Assembly: GCA_964603385.1 (NCBI GenBank)
Contig: CAZRUS010000009.1
Span: forward strand, 9,279-73,278
Source of the DNA: an uncultured Anaerolineales bacterium
GTDB lineage: Bacteria; Chloroflexota; Anaerolineae; Anaerolineales; UBA11858
Reading direction: 5' to 3'
DNA: 64,000 nt
Part shown: positions 18,754-29,267 of the stretch, one piece after another
Layout of the letters: every line of letters starts with the position of its first letter
How positions within the stretch are numbered: the stretch's first letter is position 1
Position numbers and translations under genes: made by a program
Notes under the pieces: model-generated
Told to the model about the DNA's origin: nothing
What the model saw: the letters and a program-made list of their open reading frames with translations, nothing else
Databases searched by the model: none

Positions 18754-19528
18754 AGCCGCTTCCCGCTGAATCCTCCAGATCAATGGCCATCAAATCTTGA
18801 GCAACCACGACCTGCCCCGGGAAGGACTTCCGGGCTGCAGCGGCCAGCTCCTCTCTGGTAGAGCCATGCAGGGGATAATGAACCAGATACAGCGCCCCGG
18901 CCCCGGCCTGCTCGGCAATCCCGCCGGCTTCTTCCGGGGTGGAATGGCCCGGAAAGGCCCCGGCTGCCTCATGAATGAGAATATCTGCATCCCGCGATAG
19001 GGCAGCTGTGGCCGGACAGGGATCGGTGTCACTGGAATACGCCACGGTGAACCCGGTGGGAAGGTGCTCCATTCGCAGACCCAGAGTGGGAATCATATGC
19101 TGTACCGGAGAGGACTTGATGGAAAATTCCCCATTCTCCAGGACGGGAGCGAGTTCATCCCCCGGTAGATGGTGCAGCACAACCGGGAAAAAATTGTTCC
19201 AGTCCTCCCAATCGAACAGATCCATCATCTTGTTTACCCGCAGCAGCGTATGGTGAAGGCCGTAGATATTGAGGGGCTCCTTCCGTCCCAGAATCCACAT
19301 TTGCATCAACAGCATGGGCAGGCCCGAGACGTGATCGGGATGAAAGTGAGTCAGGATCAGGTCGGTGAGATCCTGATAAGGGACTTCTGCTTCCGCCAGG
19401 CGTCGCAGCGGGTTCCCCCCGCAGTCCACCATGACCACGGACTGACTGCCCACCAACAGCAGATGGGTGTTTTCCCGGCCCAGAGAGGCCACGGCGCTGG
19501 AGGTTCCCAGAAAGATCAATTTTGCCAC
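18737..19528 (-). CDS. rnz: Ribonuclease Z-like MBL-fold hydrolase
   Basis: FLGTS, VDCG, THFHPDHVSG, YSSDT, LIHEA, GHST and LVHY. Lacks a long exosite arm. Confidence 0.75.
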   Translation of the reverse strand: MAKLIFLGTSSAVASLGRENTHLLLVGSQSVVMVDCGGNPLRRLAEAEVPYQDLTDLILTHFHPDHVSGLPMLLMQMWILGRKEPLNIYGLHHTLLRVNKMMDLFDWEDWNNFFPVVLHHLPGDELAPVLENGEFSIKSSPVQHMIPTLGLRMEHLPTGFTVAYSSDTDPCPATAALSRDADILIHEAAGAFPGHSTPEEAGGIAEQAGAGALYLVHYPLHGSTREELAAAARKSFPGQVVVAQDLMAIDLEDSAGSGFTSLQ

Positions 19529-19558
19529 GGCATCACCTCAGCAATCTCATCGATATTT

Positions 19559-20992
19559 TTACTGCTGGAAAATCCACAACGCAGCCTGCGGTGTGAGGTA
19601 AATTTCCAGCACCGCGGCCAACAGGAAGAGGGGCAGGACCACAAAGACCATTAACCTGGCCCATTCTGCCAGCGAGCGGACCCAGGCTTCACCGATTGTA
19701 TATTCCTCCTGGGGGGTGACCAGAACCAATCCCAACCGGATGATTATCGCCCCGGTGAGAACAATCGCTGGAATCTCGATAATCCCATGGGGAAGGATGA
19801 ATCCCAGCAAAAAATACCCCGGAGAAAATCCTGTCTGGGCAGCGACAGCGGAAAAATAGCCGATCAGCGCAAATGGAAGCGCGAGAATGAGCACCCCAAG
19901 CACACCAAATGAGAAGATTCCCAGCAAAGTGGCCAGGGCAATCACCCGCAGGTTGTGCAGGAAGATCCGGCCAACTCCCTCAACGGAGAAAAAGCGAATC
20001 GGCCCGATCTGCTCCAGTCCAGTGACAAAGCCTTCTTCAATGTTTTCCCAATCCAGCACACCAGGAGGAAGGGAGTAGATCTCCGCCTGGGAAGCACCGA
20101 ACAACCCGGCCGCAGCCATGATCAACAGGGAAATCAGGATCGGCCAGCGCATATTCTGCAAAGGCTGCCAGAGGTTGTTTCGCCACCATGCTCCCGCGGT
20201 CTCGCGCTCCCCCTGAAAGGCACCGCGGAACACGCGCCAGGCCCAGGGTAGATTCAGGGTATCCAGCTCCCGCCCCAGGAGTTCCTCCCGGTTGAAATGG
20301 GCCAGACCGGTTCGGATCAGCAGACCGGCGATGATCATCTGACCGAAGATCGCCCACCATAAAATGTGGTAGCGGGCCCAGAACATGATCATGCTCTCCC
20401 CAATCAGCAGCAGGGCCATGGGGATGATAATGAAGGACGCCAGCAGATTTGCTGCCCGCACCGAGGTAGTCTGGGAGGAAACCACCACGGCTCCGCTGAC
20501 CATGACCAGAGACTGCACCGAGGCCAGGGCCACTACCTGGACCAGCAGGGTAGGGTCAGGCACCCAGCCAACCTGACGGTAGACCCCAAACAGATAAACG
20601 CCGATGCCCAGAAAGCTGGCTACCAGGGGGGGGAATATCACAGCCATCAGCTTGCCCAGGTACAGCTGAACGTCGGTCAGCGGGGTGGAAAGCAGCGGCT
20701 CTATGCTGCGGCGTTCCTTTTCCCCCACAAAGCTCTCCAGGGCAATCACCAGAGAGACAGAAATCGGGAAAAACCCCACTACCATGAGCAGGAAGGGGAT
20801 CAGGCGGTCAGCGATGATCTCAGCCCCGTACTGGGCCACAAACTCAACCGCCTGCTCAGCGGTGAAGTTCATCAAACCGGGAAAGAAAACCGTTAGGATG
20901 ATGATGGGAGCGACGATCCGCCAGTCGCGGAACTGATCGCGGATCTCCCTCCGGGTGATAATCAGAGCGCCCTGCAGTTGTTTAAGCATCAT
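19559..20992 (-). CDS. ABC-2 type permease fused to a SpoIIM/DUF95-like membrane domain
   Basis: ESFVGEKERRSIEPLLSTP...LGK in the N-half. IFLHNLRV and ILPHGIIEIPAI...AAVLEIYLTP in the C-half. Confidence 0.8.
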   Translation of the reverse strand: MMLKQLQGALIITRREIRDQFRDWRIVAPIIILTVFFPGLMNFTAEQAVEFVAQYGAEIIADRLIPFLLMVVGFFPISVSLVIALESFVGEKERRSIEPLLSTPLTDVQLYLGKLMAVIFPPLVASFLGIGVYLFGVYRQVGWVPDPTLLVQVVALASVQSLVMVSGAVVVSSQTTSVRAANLLASFIIIPMALLLIGESMIMFWARYHILWWAIFGQMIIAGLLIRTGLAHFNREELLGRELDTLNLPWAWRVFRGAFQGERETAGAWWRNNLWQPLQNMRWPILISLLIMAAAGLFGASQAEIYSLPPGVLDWENIEEGFVTGLEQIGPIRFFSVEGVGRIFLHNLRVIALATLLGIFSFGVLGVLILALPFALIGYFSAVAAQTGFSPGYFLLGFILPHGIIEIPAIVLTGAIIIRLGLVLVTPQEEYTIGEAWVRSLAEWARLMVFVVLPLFLLAAVLEIYLTPQAALWIFQQ

Positions 20993-21920
20993 CTAATCCT
21001 CGATCTTCCGGTTCTCCTACCGCTTTCAAATAGACGGATTCTAAACTGCGCTGCACCTCGGAAAGGCTGACCACCGCATACTGCTCCGCCACCAGGCGCT
21101 GCAGCAGCAGGGGATTATCTCTGGCAGCATCCTCTGTCTGATAGCTGAACCAGCTCTGACCTCTGCGGATCAATTCCACCCGATCAGGGAGCGGCAGTTC
21201 TCGACCGTCCAGCGGGCTGTTCAGATGCACCCGGAATTCACTGGGGCCCAGCAGCTGCTTCTTCAAATCGCGGGGCGTTCCCTGGGCGATAATTTTTCCA
21301 TCCCTGATAATGGCGATTTGATCTGCCAGATCCTCCGCCTCTGCCAGGTTGTGGGTGCAGACGATAATGGTGCGCTCTGCCGAGCGCAGCGTTTTAATCG
21401 CGTTGCGCACCAGACGGGCGCTGGCCGGATCCATCGCTGAGGTTGGTTCGTCCAGCAGCAGTACAGGCGGCTCATGGAGCAGGGCCCGGGCCAGGGACAG
21501 CTTCTGGCGCATCCCTTTAGAAAATTTTCCAATACGCCTGTCAACGGCGTTTTCCAGATCAAATTTTCGGAGTAAATAGGCAATCCTCTCCTGGCGGCGG
21601 GCGGGGGGGATCTGGTAGGTTTGCCCGAAAAAATCCAGATACTCCTCAATATACATGCGGTCGTATAAGCCATGGTCCTCGGTCAGCACGCCAACTGAGG
21701 ATCTGACTTTTTCCGGATCTTCAAGAATATCATAATCGGCAACCCTGGCAGTCCCCTGACTGGGACGCAGCACTGTGGTAAGCATGCGCACGGTGGTGGT
21801 TTTCCCGGCGCCGTTCGGCCCCAGCAAAGCCAGCACTTCCCCGGTAGACACTTCCAAATCCAGGCTGTCTACCGCCAGGAAATCCTTGAAATACTTGGTG
21901 AGCTTAGTGGTGCTGATCAT
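20982..21920 (-). CDS. ABC transporter ATP-binding protein
   Basis: Walker A GPNGAGKTT, signature FSKGMRQ, Walker B LLLDEPT and H-loop CTH. Confidence 0.95.
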   Translation of the reverse strand: MISTTKLTKYFKDFLAVDSLDLEVSTGEVLALLGPNGAGKTTTVRMLTTVLRPSQGTARVADYDILEDPEKVRSSVGVLTEDHGLYDRMYIEEYLDFFGQTYQIPPARRQERIAYLLRKFDLENAVDRRIGKFSKGMRQKLSLARALLHEPPVLLLDEPTSAMDPASARLVRNAIKTLRSAERTIIVCTHNLAEAEDLADQIAIIRDGKIIAQGTPRDLKKQLLGPSEFRVHLNSPLDGRELPLPDRVELIRRGQSWFSYQTEDAARDNPLLLQRLVAEQYAVVSLSEVQRSLESVYLKAVGEPEDRGLDDA

Positions 21921-22731
21921 CTTCGCTGACTTCCTTAGGACTTTGATCTTTCTGCCTCAGGTAGAGCATGACGCCGCCCAGGAGAGCTGCTCCAACCGCT
22001 GCCGCCTGATTGATATTCACACCTGCAGCAGTGGAGACATCCAGACGCAGAAATTCCAGGCCCGCTCTGCCGGTGCCGTAAACCAGCAGGTAGATCCAGA
22101 ACAAACTTCCCGGCCGCAGCTGATGCCGATAGCGGTTTCCCAACCACAGCAGCACGACCATATTGAGCAGGCTCAAGAGAGACTCATACAAAAATAAGGG
22201 ATGGTAAAAAGCCGCCTGTTCATAGCCAGGCAGGCGGCGCCTCGGCTCGATATAAATCGCCCAGGGCAAATTAGCAGGCAGGCCGTAAACCTCCTGATTG
22301 ATGAAGTTTCCCCAGCGGCCCACCGCCTGCGCCAGGGCAGCCCCCGGTGCAAGGATATCCAGCCAGATCAGAAATGGTTTACCTGTCACCCGGGAGTAAA
22401 TCCACAGCGCAGCCGTTCCCCCGAGAATTGCACCCAGAATGCCGACCCCGCCCTTCCAGATGGCAAGGGCTTCGTTGAGGTGGGTGAGGTAATAGCGGGT
22501 GGTGATCCCCTGCTGCACCATGGATTCCGGCGGGGTCAGGATGTGCCAGAGTCTGGCTCCCAGCAAGCCTCCCAAAAACATCCAGGGAAGGGCGTCCAGC
22601 AGGTCATCTATCCTTTTTCCCCACCTGCGGGCCAGATGCTGGGTGAGCAGCAGGGCTGCCAGAATGCCGGCGGAAATCACAATCCCGTAATAACGAATGG
22701 TCAGCGGTCCAACTTTAATCCCAGTAGTCAT
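21904..22731 (-). CDS. lgt: Prolipoprotein diacylglyceryl transferase
   Basis: IRYYG, GARLWH, GR.GNFINQE.YG and HPLFLYES. Confidence 0.92.
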   Translation of the reverse strand: MTTGIKVGPLTIRYYGIVISAGILAALLLTQHLARRWGKRIDDLLDALPWMFLGGLLGARLWHILTPPESMVQQGITTRYYLTHLNEALAIWKGGVGILGAILGGTAALWIYSRVTGKPFLIWLDILAPGAALAQAVGRWGNFINQEVYGLPANLPWAIYIEPRRRLPGYEQAAFYHPLFLYESLLSLLNMVVLLWLGNRYRHQLRPGSLFWIYLLVYGTGRAGLEFLRLDVSTAAGVNINQAAAVGAALLGGVMLYLRQKDQSPKEVSEDDQHH

Positions 22732-22775
22732 AGGTTTGCGAACACTATACTCTTTTCAAGAGCTCTTTCCCGCCG

Positions 22776-24977
22776 TTAAAAACGGGCGCCAAAATCCTCA
22801 TCGGATTCAATGAACACTTCTCTCTCCACCCCGCTGCCCTGGGAGGGACCCACATAGCCCAGGGAAGCCAGCTCATCCATCAATCTGGCTGCCCGGGGGT
22901 AGCCAATATGCAGTTTGCGCTGGATCATCGAGGTCGAAGCCCGCTGGGAATCGCGAACGATTTTGAAGGCATCTTCAATCAGATCATCATACTCATCCAA
23001 CGCAGCCTGTTCAGCCAGCATGGATTCCCAGGGCGGTGTGTCCCCTTCAAGTTCATCATCAGCGATCCCTTTCCAGGCTTTGATCACCCGCTCCAGCTCC
23101 TCTTTGGTCACCAGGCAGCCCTGAGCCCGGATGGGACTTCCCGCCTCGGGAGGCAGAAAGAGCATATCCCCGTTCCCCAGCAGCGACTCCGCGCCGTTGG
23201 TATCCAGAATCACCCGTGAGTCAACCGAGGAGGCCACTGCGAAAGATAGGCGGGCTGGAAAGTTGGCCTTGATCAGTCCGGTGACTACATCGGTGCTGGG
23301 CCGCTGGGTAGCCACCACCAGGTGAATCCCGGTAGCACGGGCCATCTGCGCCAGGCGGACCAGGCTGTGCTCCGTTTGAGCCGGGGCCATCATCATTAAG
23401 TCAGCCAGCTCATCGATCATGACCACAATTCGCGGAAGCGGCTGGCCGTCTTTGCGGCGGCGGACCTTCCGGTTGTAGGTGTCGATATTGCGGGATCGGG
23501 TCTGCTCCAGCAGCTGGTAGCGTTTATCCATCTCGGCGACCACCCACTGCAGCACACCCAGAATGCGCTCCAGATCGGTTTCGACCTTTCCGTATAAATG
23601 CGGCAGACCATTGAAGCGAACCAGTTCCACCATTTTGGGATCAATCATCACCAGCCGGAGCTGTTCCGGCGTGTTGTTCATCACCAGGCAGGTGGTCAGA
23701 GCGGTAATGCAGACCGACTTCCCGGAACCGGTGGTTCCGGCAATTAATAAGTGAGGCATATTCGCCAGATCCGCCACCACGGGCTCACCGGACACATCCC
23801 TCCCCAGGGCGACCGCCAGCGGAGAATCCAGCCGATAAAATGGATCCGATTCCAGCAGCGACCGCAGCCGTACCAGGGAGGACTTTTCATTGGGGACTTC
23901 GATCCCGATATACGCCCGCCCCGGCACCGGGGCTTCTATCCGCAGCTGTTTGGCAGACAAAGCCAGGGCGAGGTCTTTTTTCAAGGAGGTAATTCGGGAG
24001 ACGCGGACTTTTTTCTTTTCCTCATCCTCGTCTTCCCCTCCATTTAGATAGCCAGGTTTGACGGCAAATTGGGTCACCGTGGGACCCACCTGAAAACCCA
24101 CCACCTGCGCCGGAATACCAAACTCAGCCAGCGTTTTCTCGATCAACCCCGCGCTGGTATTGATATGGCGCTCATTTGGTTTCGCAGATCGGTCCGATGA
24201 CAGCAAACTCAGCGCCGGCAGACGATCATCCCGGGGTGGGGGCTTGACTGCTTTCTCCTCCTTGACCTCCACCCGGAACTGTTTGCGGAACTCCGGGGGG
24301 AGGCGTCTGCGTCGATCCTCCAGAGTTTCCGGTTGACTGGCAGACTCCAACGCCGCTGCAGCGGACGCTGCTTCAGCGGCAGGTTCATTCTCCGGGGCGG
24401 CATCAGCCACCCGGCGGAGCTGCTCCTGGATGTAATCCCGTAGGTCCAGACCGATCACCAGGCCGCCAGCCGCGCCGGTCAAAGCCAGCAGTCCCGTCCA
24501 GAACAAGCCCAGCAGGCTGGCAACCGCCTCGGTCAGCCCCCAGCCAACCAGTCCCCCGTCCAAGCCTGCCCGGGCCCGGTCCAGGGAATGCCCTCCCAGC
24601 ACAGTCAGCAGCATGATCACGCAAAACACCGCCCCCTCCAGGGCAAATACGCGCCCCCAGTTCACCTCTGGATCTTCCCCACCCTGCTGGAGCAGCATCC
24701 AGAAGCCCAGATAAACCAGGGAGGCGATAATCAGCAGACTGCCCCAGCCCAACCCCAGGCGGAAGACGTTCACCCAATTGAGCAGGGCTGAGCCTGACAC
24801 CAACCCGGGAAAAAGGAAAGCGATCAGCGCCATCACCGAAATGGAAAGCACCAGGATGCCTCCAATATCCCAGCTGTATCCCTGGAGACGGCTCCACAGC
24901 CCAGAAAAGGAGCTTCCTTTCTGAGCCAGGGCATCCAGGATATCTTTAATTTCCCGTGGTTCCTGGTTTTTAGTCAT
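22776..24977 (-). CDS. ftsK: DNA translocase FtsK/SpoIIIE
   Basis: N-terminal TMs, then PHLLIAGTTGSGKS, MIDPKMVEL, IDELADLM, ATQRPS, GAESLLGNGDML and gamma domain STSMIQRKL.IGYPRAARLMD. Confidence 0.96.
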   Translation of the reverse strand: MTKNQEPREIKDILDALAQKGSSFSGLWSRLQGYSWDIGGILVLSISVMALIAFLFPGLVSGSALLNWVNVFRLGLGWGSLLIIASLVYLGFWMLLQQGGEDPEVNWGRVFALEGAVFCVIMLLTVLGGHSLDRARAGLDGGLVGWGLTEAVASLLGLFWTGLLALTGAAGGLVIGLDLRDYIQEQLRRVADAAPENEPAAEAASAAAALESASQPETLEDRRRRLPPEFRKQFRVEVKEEKAVKPPPRDDRLPALSLLSSDRSAKPNERHINTSAGLIEKTLAEFGIPAQVVGFQVGPTVTQFAVKPGYLNGGEDEDEEKKKVRVSRITSLKKDLALALSAKQLRIEAPVPGRAYIGIEVPNEKSSLVRLRSLLESDPFYRLDSPLAVALGRDVSGEPVVADLANMPHLLIAGTTGSGKSVCITALTTCLVMNNTPEQLRLVMIDPKMVELVRFNGLPHLYGKVETDLERILGVLQWVVAEMDKRYQLLEQTRSRNIDTYNRKVRRRKDGQPLPRIVVMIDELADLMMMAPAQTEHSLVRLAQMARATGIHLVVATQRPSTDVVTGLIKANFPARLSFAVASSVDSRVILDTNGAESLLGNGDMLFLPPEAGSPIRAQGCLVTKEELERVIKAWKGIADDELEGDTPPWESMLAEQAALDEYDDLIEDAFKIVRDSQRASTSMIQRKLHIGYPRAARLMDELASLGYVGPSQGSGVEREVFIESDEDFGARF

Positions 24978-25939
24978 GGGAATGGTCCGTCAGGGGGAGG
25001 GTGCTTGCTGTCTTTGGGCCGGAAAGAGGCGATCCCAATCCCGACAAGAATAAGTATAGCACCAATTATTTTCAGCTGAACGGGCTTCTCCTTGAGAAAA
25101 ATGTAAGCCAGAATTGTGGAACCGATCGGTTCTCCCAGCAGGGTGACCGAGACGTAACCAGCCGGAAGATAACGGAGCGCCCAGTTGAAAACGGAATGCC
25201 CCAGCAGCTGGGGAAACACAGCCAGCAGCAGGAAATAAAGGTAAACTCGGGAAGGCAGCCCCGCAGGGACCCCATCCACCACCAGCATTCCGGCGGTTAA
25301 ATAAACAGCTGCTGTCCCGTACACCAGAAAGATATAGGGAGCAAGAGCAAATTTTCCCCGCAGATGGCGGCCAATCATCAAATACCCCGCCCCGGATATT
25401 GCTCCCAGCAGGGCCAGGAAATCTCCCCGAAAGGCTCTCCCCTGCAGGATCCTCTCCAGAGAGGGGCAGACCAGCTGACCAGCGCCAGCCGTGCAGCTGT
25501 CACTGACCGCAACAATCCCCCCGCCCCCCAGCGCCAGCAGCATGCCCATCAGCACCGCGCGGTTGGTTTTTTCTCCCAGCAGCAGCGGAGAGGCAGCTGC
25601 CACCCAGAGCGGTGTCGTGCTCACCAGCACCACAGAACTGGCCACGGTTGTATACTCCAGAGAGGTAATCCAGGAAGCAAAATGCACTGCCAGCAGCAGA
25701 CCGGCCAGCAGAGTGAGGGAGAAATCCCGTCGGGAGAGCAGTCCCAGGTCTTTCCGGTGGTTAAGAAGGACATGAGGGGAGAGCAGGATCACTGCCAGTC
25801 CGAGCCGAAAAGCAGCAATGGTCAAAGAACCCGCGGATTCCTGAGCAAGACGAATCCAGATAGAAGCAGTGGAAACCGCAGCAATCCCCAGGGGAATAAC
25901 CAGCAGAGGAGGCAGTGGAGGGTTGACCATCTTTTTCAT
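24974..25939 (-). CDS. DMT/EamA family transporter (10 TM)
   Basis: Two EamA repeats (HFASWITSLEYTTVASS; QLLGHSVFNWAL...LGEPIGS). Start 25939 has SD aagagg. Stop overlaps the ftsK start by 4 nt. Confidence 0.9.
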   Translation of the reverse strand: MKKMVNPPLPPLLVIPLGIAAVSTASIWIRLAQESAGSLTIAAFRLGLAVILLSPHVLLNHRKDLGLLSRRDFSLTLLAGLLLAVHFASWITSLEYTTVASSVVLVSTTPLWVAAASPLLLGEKTNRAVLMGMLLALGGGGIVAVSDSCTAGAGQLVCPSLERILQGRAFRGDFLALLGAISGAGYLMIGRHLRGKFALAPYIFLVYGTAAVYLTAGMLVVDGVPAGLPSRVYLYFLLLAVFPQLLGHSVFNWALRYLPAGYVSVTLLGEPIGSTILAYIFLKEKPVQLKIIGAILILVGIGIASFRPKDSKHPPPDGPFP

Positions 25940-25989
25940 GAAGAATGTAACCTCTTTGACATAGAAAGGGTCAACAAGGTCCTTTTTTC

Positions 25990-26018
25990 TTGACAAAGGA
26001 TTTCCCCGGGACTACAAT
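25990..26018 (+). promoter_or_regulatory. Sigma70-type promoter of the ferredoxin gene
   Basis: TTGACA (25990-25995), 17-nt spacer, TACAAT (26013-26018). Confidence 0.8.
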
Positions 26019-26103
26019 TCGAACTTAGGTTGCTTATTATACAGCAGCAGCCTGGAATTCTGACAGATCCTACAATATCTAGCTAGATTTAAGGAGAGAT
26101 CCT

Positions 26104-26514
26104 ATGGCCCACGTTATTACCAATTTCTGCCTGCATGACGGCAGCTGTGTTGATGTTTGCCCTGTGGAATGCATCGTGCCCGGCAAGCCCGTCGAAGAAT
26201 GGCCCTCCTATTATATCGACGCGGAGACCTGCATTGACTGCGGCGCCTGCGTCCCTGAATGCCCTTATGAGGCGATTTACATGGAAGACGAGGTCCCCTC
26301 AGCCTATGAAGCTTACGGCGATGAACGCATGAGCATGCCGGTCGGAACGGAAGGTTTTGATGAAGAATTTGAGTCCGAGGACGTAGACGGAAACGTCTGG
26401 ACGCTGAAAGCCACCCGTGTGCTGGACGAGGGCGAAGTGGTCGACCTCACCCCGGCCATTCAGCGCAATGAGGACTACTTCGTCGAGGGCCCTGGATACG
26501 ACGCCCTGGACTGA
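26104..26514 (+). CDS. Dicluster (7Fe-type, FdxA-like) ferredoxin with an acidic insertion
   Basis: C-x5-C-x3-CP-x2-C followed by CIDCGAC-x3-CP and AI..EDEVP. SD aaggag. Confidence 0.9.
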   Translation: MAHVITNFCLHDGSCVDVCPVECIVPGKPVEEWPSYYIDAETCIDCGACVPECPYEAIYMEDEVPSAYEAYGDERMSMPVGTEGFDEEFESEDVDGNVWTLKATRVLDEGEVVDLTPAIQRNEDYFVEGPGYDALD

Positions 26515-26540
26515 GACAGAGATTTGCTGGTTGTTAATGA

Positions 26541-26572
26541 AAGGAAGCCGGGATCCGGCTTCCTTTTTTTTT
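26541..26572 (+). terminator. Intrinsic terminator
   Basis: 11-bp stem aaggaagccgg/ccggcttcctt followed by a T-tract. Confidence 0.85.
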
Positions 26573-26831
26573 ATCTCCACCCCTGTTGAGCTGGCATCAA
26601 GCATCGAATCCCACCAAGCGGATATTTATAAAAGTGCCTGTGGGGTAGAGAGGGGAGCAAATTCAGCAGCCCCGCCAGCCCTGCTTCCCACCCCGGGACA
26701 TCCCGAAGCAGAAAGCGCCGCCAGATCAACCAGCCAAACAGCTGGAGTGCAGCCTGCAGAACAGGACTGGTTCCCCGGCGGAGAATTTGTTTCCCCTACA
26801 CCGCAGTCCCTGTTTGAATTCAACCAGCTTT

Positions 26832-27737
26832 TTATCCCTCGCTGTCTTCGCGGTAATACCTGAGGAAGATCTCCTCCAGAGAATGAGCGGTAGTTTGCAG
26901 GTCTTTTACCGGAAAATCGGCCAGCGATTTCACCAGCGGATCCATCTCCCCTTCCACCTGGAGCCGGGCAGATACCCCCCCCTGGTGCGATAACACCTCC
27001 ACACCCGCCAACTCTTCCAACGGTCGGACATCAACCGGCTCCAAAAATCTGACCTCCACCCGCCGAATTGCCATCTCGGTAAGCTTGGCCGGTGTCGACT
27101 CCTCAACAATCCGTCCTTTGCGAATGATCGCCACTCGATCCGCTAACGCCTCCACTTCACTGAGAATATGGGAAGAAAAGAACACCGTGGTGCCGCGGGC
27201 CTGGGCTTCTTTCAGCAGCCGGTAGACTTCCTGCTGCATGAGCGGATCTAATCCTGATGTCGGTTCATCCAGAATGAGCAGCTCAGGCTGATGCATCAGG
27301 GCCTGGACAATGCCCACCTTTTGTTTGTTTCCACTGGAAAGATTTTTGATCGTCCGCCTCGGGTCCACTTCCAGCCGATCAATCAGTTCGTCAAGGTAGT
27401 CCAGATTAATCTGGTTTCCCCGCAGTTCCCGCAGGTACTGCAAAAACTGCCTCACTTGGAGAGACCCCTCCAGGTTTAATTCCCCGGGCAAATAGCCGGT
27501 CCGCCGCTGCACGGCAACCGGACTGTGCCGAGGATCCAGCCCGAGCACCCGGATGGTTCCTTCCTGCGGTCGAATTTGATCCAGCAGACAGCGGATGGTA
27601 GTGGTTTTTCCGGCACCATTGGGCCCTAAAAAGCCCAGCAGCTCCCCCTGATGGACGGTCAGATCCACGCCCCGCAGCGCCTGTACCGACCCATACCACT
27701 TTACCAGTCCCTGAATATCAATCGCCAGTTGAGCCAT
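26832..27737 (-). CDS. ABC-2 type exporter ATP-binding protein
   Basis: GPNGAGKTT, LSSGNKQ, LILDEPT and SSH. Confidence 0.92.
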   Translation of the reverse strand: MAQLAIDIQGLVKWYGSVQALRGVDLTVHQGELLGFLGPNGAGKTTTIRCLLDQIRPQEGTIRVLGLDPRHSPVAVQRRTGYLPGELNLEGSLQVRQFLQYLRELRGNQINLDYLDELIDRLEVDPRRTIKNLSSGNKQKVGIVQALMHQPELLILDEPTSGLDPLMQQEVYRLLKEAQARGTTVFFSSHILSEVEALADRVAIIRKGRIVEESTPAKLTEMAIRRVEVRFLEPVDVRPLEELAGVEVLSHQGGVSARLQVEGEMDPLVKSLADFPVKDLQTTAHSLEEIFLRYYREDSEG

Positions 27738-27827
27738 TCCCTTTTCCTTTGCTGTTGAAGCTGAAAGATTTTACCATCAATCCCATCAGCAAACTTCCCC
27801 CGCCCTGTCCCCTGCCAGAAGCCCGGC

Positions 27828-29255
27828 TTAAACCAGGGCGGCAAGAATGCGCCAGATTTGTGCCACAAAGAAAGTCACCACAAACCCCAGAACCAGGGGC
27901 AGCAGGGTGGCCACAGCGGTCCACTTGATACTTTTGGTTTCCTCATAGATCGTATAGATAGTGGTGCTGCAGGGGTTGTGGATCAAACTGAAAAGCATGA
28001 GATTAACCCCGGTCAGCAGAGTCCAACCGCCGGCCCGGAAGAGGTCCATTGTTTTGGCAGCGGAATCCAATTCGAACATCACCCCGGCTCCTTCTCCTAA
28101 TCCGGAAACTCCGGAAACCAACACGGTGAGCATCAGCACAGTAGGAATGACGATCTCATTAGCCGGGATAGCGACAATATAAGCGACCAGGATGACACCG
28201 TTCAGTCCCATTAGCAGTCCCAAGGGATTCAGGAAGTTGATCAGATGCTCGGCAATACTGATCCCACCGATATGCAGGTTGGCGCTCACCCAGAGCACGA
28301 TCCCGGCGGGGAGCGCGAAGACCACCGCCCGCCAGAGCACAATCAGTGTCCGGTCAATCACCGAGGTATACAGGGTTTGCAGAATCCGGGGAGGGCGGTA
28401 GGGCGGCAGCTCCAGAGTAAAGGTGGAAACCTCACCTTTGAGCACCGTCCGGGAAAGTGTCCAGGAAACCCCCAGGGTGAGCAGCACCCCCAGCAGGGCA
28501 ATCCCCACCACAGCGAGCGCTGAGATCAGCCCGGCCAGGTGGGCGGGGACCAGGCTGCCGACAAACAGGGTAGCGATCAGAATCTGGGTCGGCCAGCGGC
28601 CATTGCAGAGGGCAAAATTGTTGGTGATGATGGCGATCAACCGCTCCCGGGGGCTGTCAATGATGCGGGTTGAAATCACCCCGGCAGCGTTGCAGCCAAA
28701 CCCCATGGTCATGCTCAATGCCTGCTTGCCGTGTGCACCGGCTTTCCGGAAGATGTGGTCGAGGTTGAAGGCCACCCGGGGTAAATAACCAAAATCCTCC
28801 AGCAGGGTGAACAGCGGAAAGAAGATCGCCATTGGGGGCAGCATCACGCTGACCACCCAGGCTGTGGCCAGATAGGCTCCATCCAGCAGTACTCCATCAA
28901 TCCAGTAGGGGACCCCGAGTTGGGCCGATAGATCCTTCAGGAAAGGATGGATGGTGTCCAGCAGCAGACGGGCCAGCATCCCGGAAGGGTAATTTGCTCC
29001 GGTAATCGTCAGCCAGAACACCCCGGTGAGAAGCAGCAGCATGATCGGAAATCCCCAGACACGGCTGGTGACCAACCGGTCCAGAAAGCGATCCAGATCA
29101 AAACCCCTGGGCTCTCCGGTCCGGGTGACCGCCAGGTCGGCAATCCTGGAGGCATCCTGGTAAATTGATTCCATAATCTTTTCGTGAAAATCTCCCCCCA
29201 CCTTCCAGCGCAGGTCCTGGGCTGTTTTTAATATTTTCTCAGCAGTTTTATTCAT
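27828..29255 (-). CDS. feoB: FeoB membrane domain (C-terminal half of a split FeoB)
   Basis: [33 protein letters not shown] and HNPC. ATG 29255 is preceded by 'aggtgg'; GTG 29264 is an alternative start. Confidence 0.9.
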   Translation of the reverse strand: MNKTAEKILKTAQDLRWKVGGDFHEKIMESIYQDASRIADLAVTRTGEPRGFDLDRFLDRLVTSRVWGFPIMLLLLTGVFWLTITGANYPSGMLARLLLDTIHPFLKDLSAQLGVPYWIDGVLLDGAYLATAWVVSVMLPPMAIFFPLFTLLEDFGYLPRVAFNLDHIFRKAGAHGKQALSMTMGFGCNAAGVISTRIIDSPRERLIAIITNNFALCNGRWPTQILIATLFVGSLVPAHLAGLISALAVVGIALLGVLLTLGVSWTLSRTVLKGEVSTFTLELPPYRPPRILQTLYTSVIDRTLIVLWRAVVFALPAGIVLWVSANLHIGGISIAEHLINFLNPLGLLMGLNGVILVAYIVAIPANEIVIPTVLMLTVLVSGVSGLGEGAGVMFELDSAAKTMDLFRAGGWTLLTGVNLMLFSLIHNPCSTTIYTIYEETKSIKWTAVATLLPLVLGFVVTFFVAQIWRILAALV

Positions 29256-29267
29256 ACCATCCACCTG

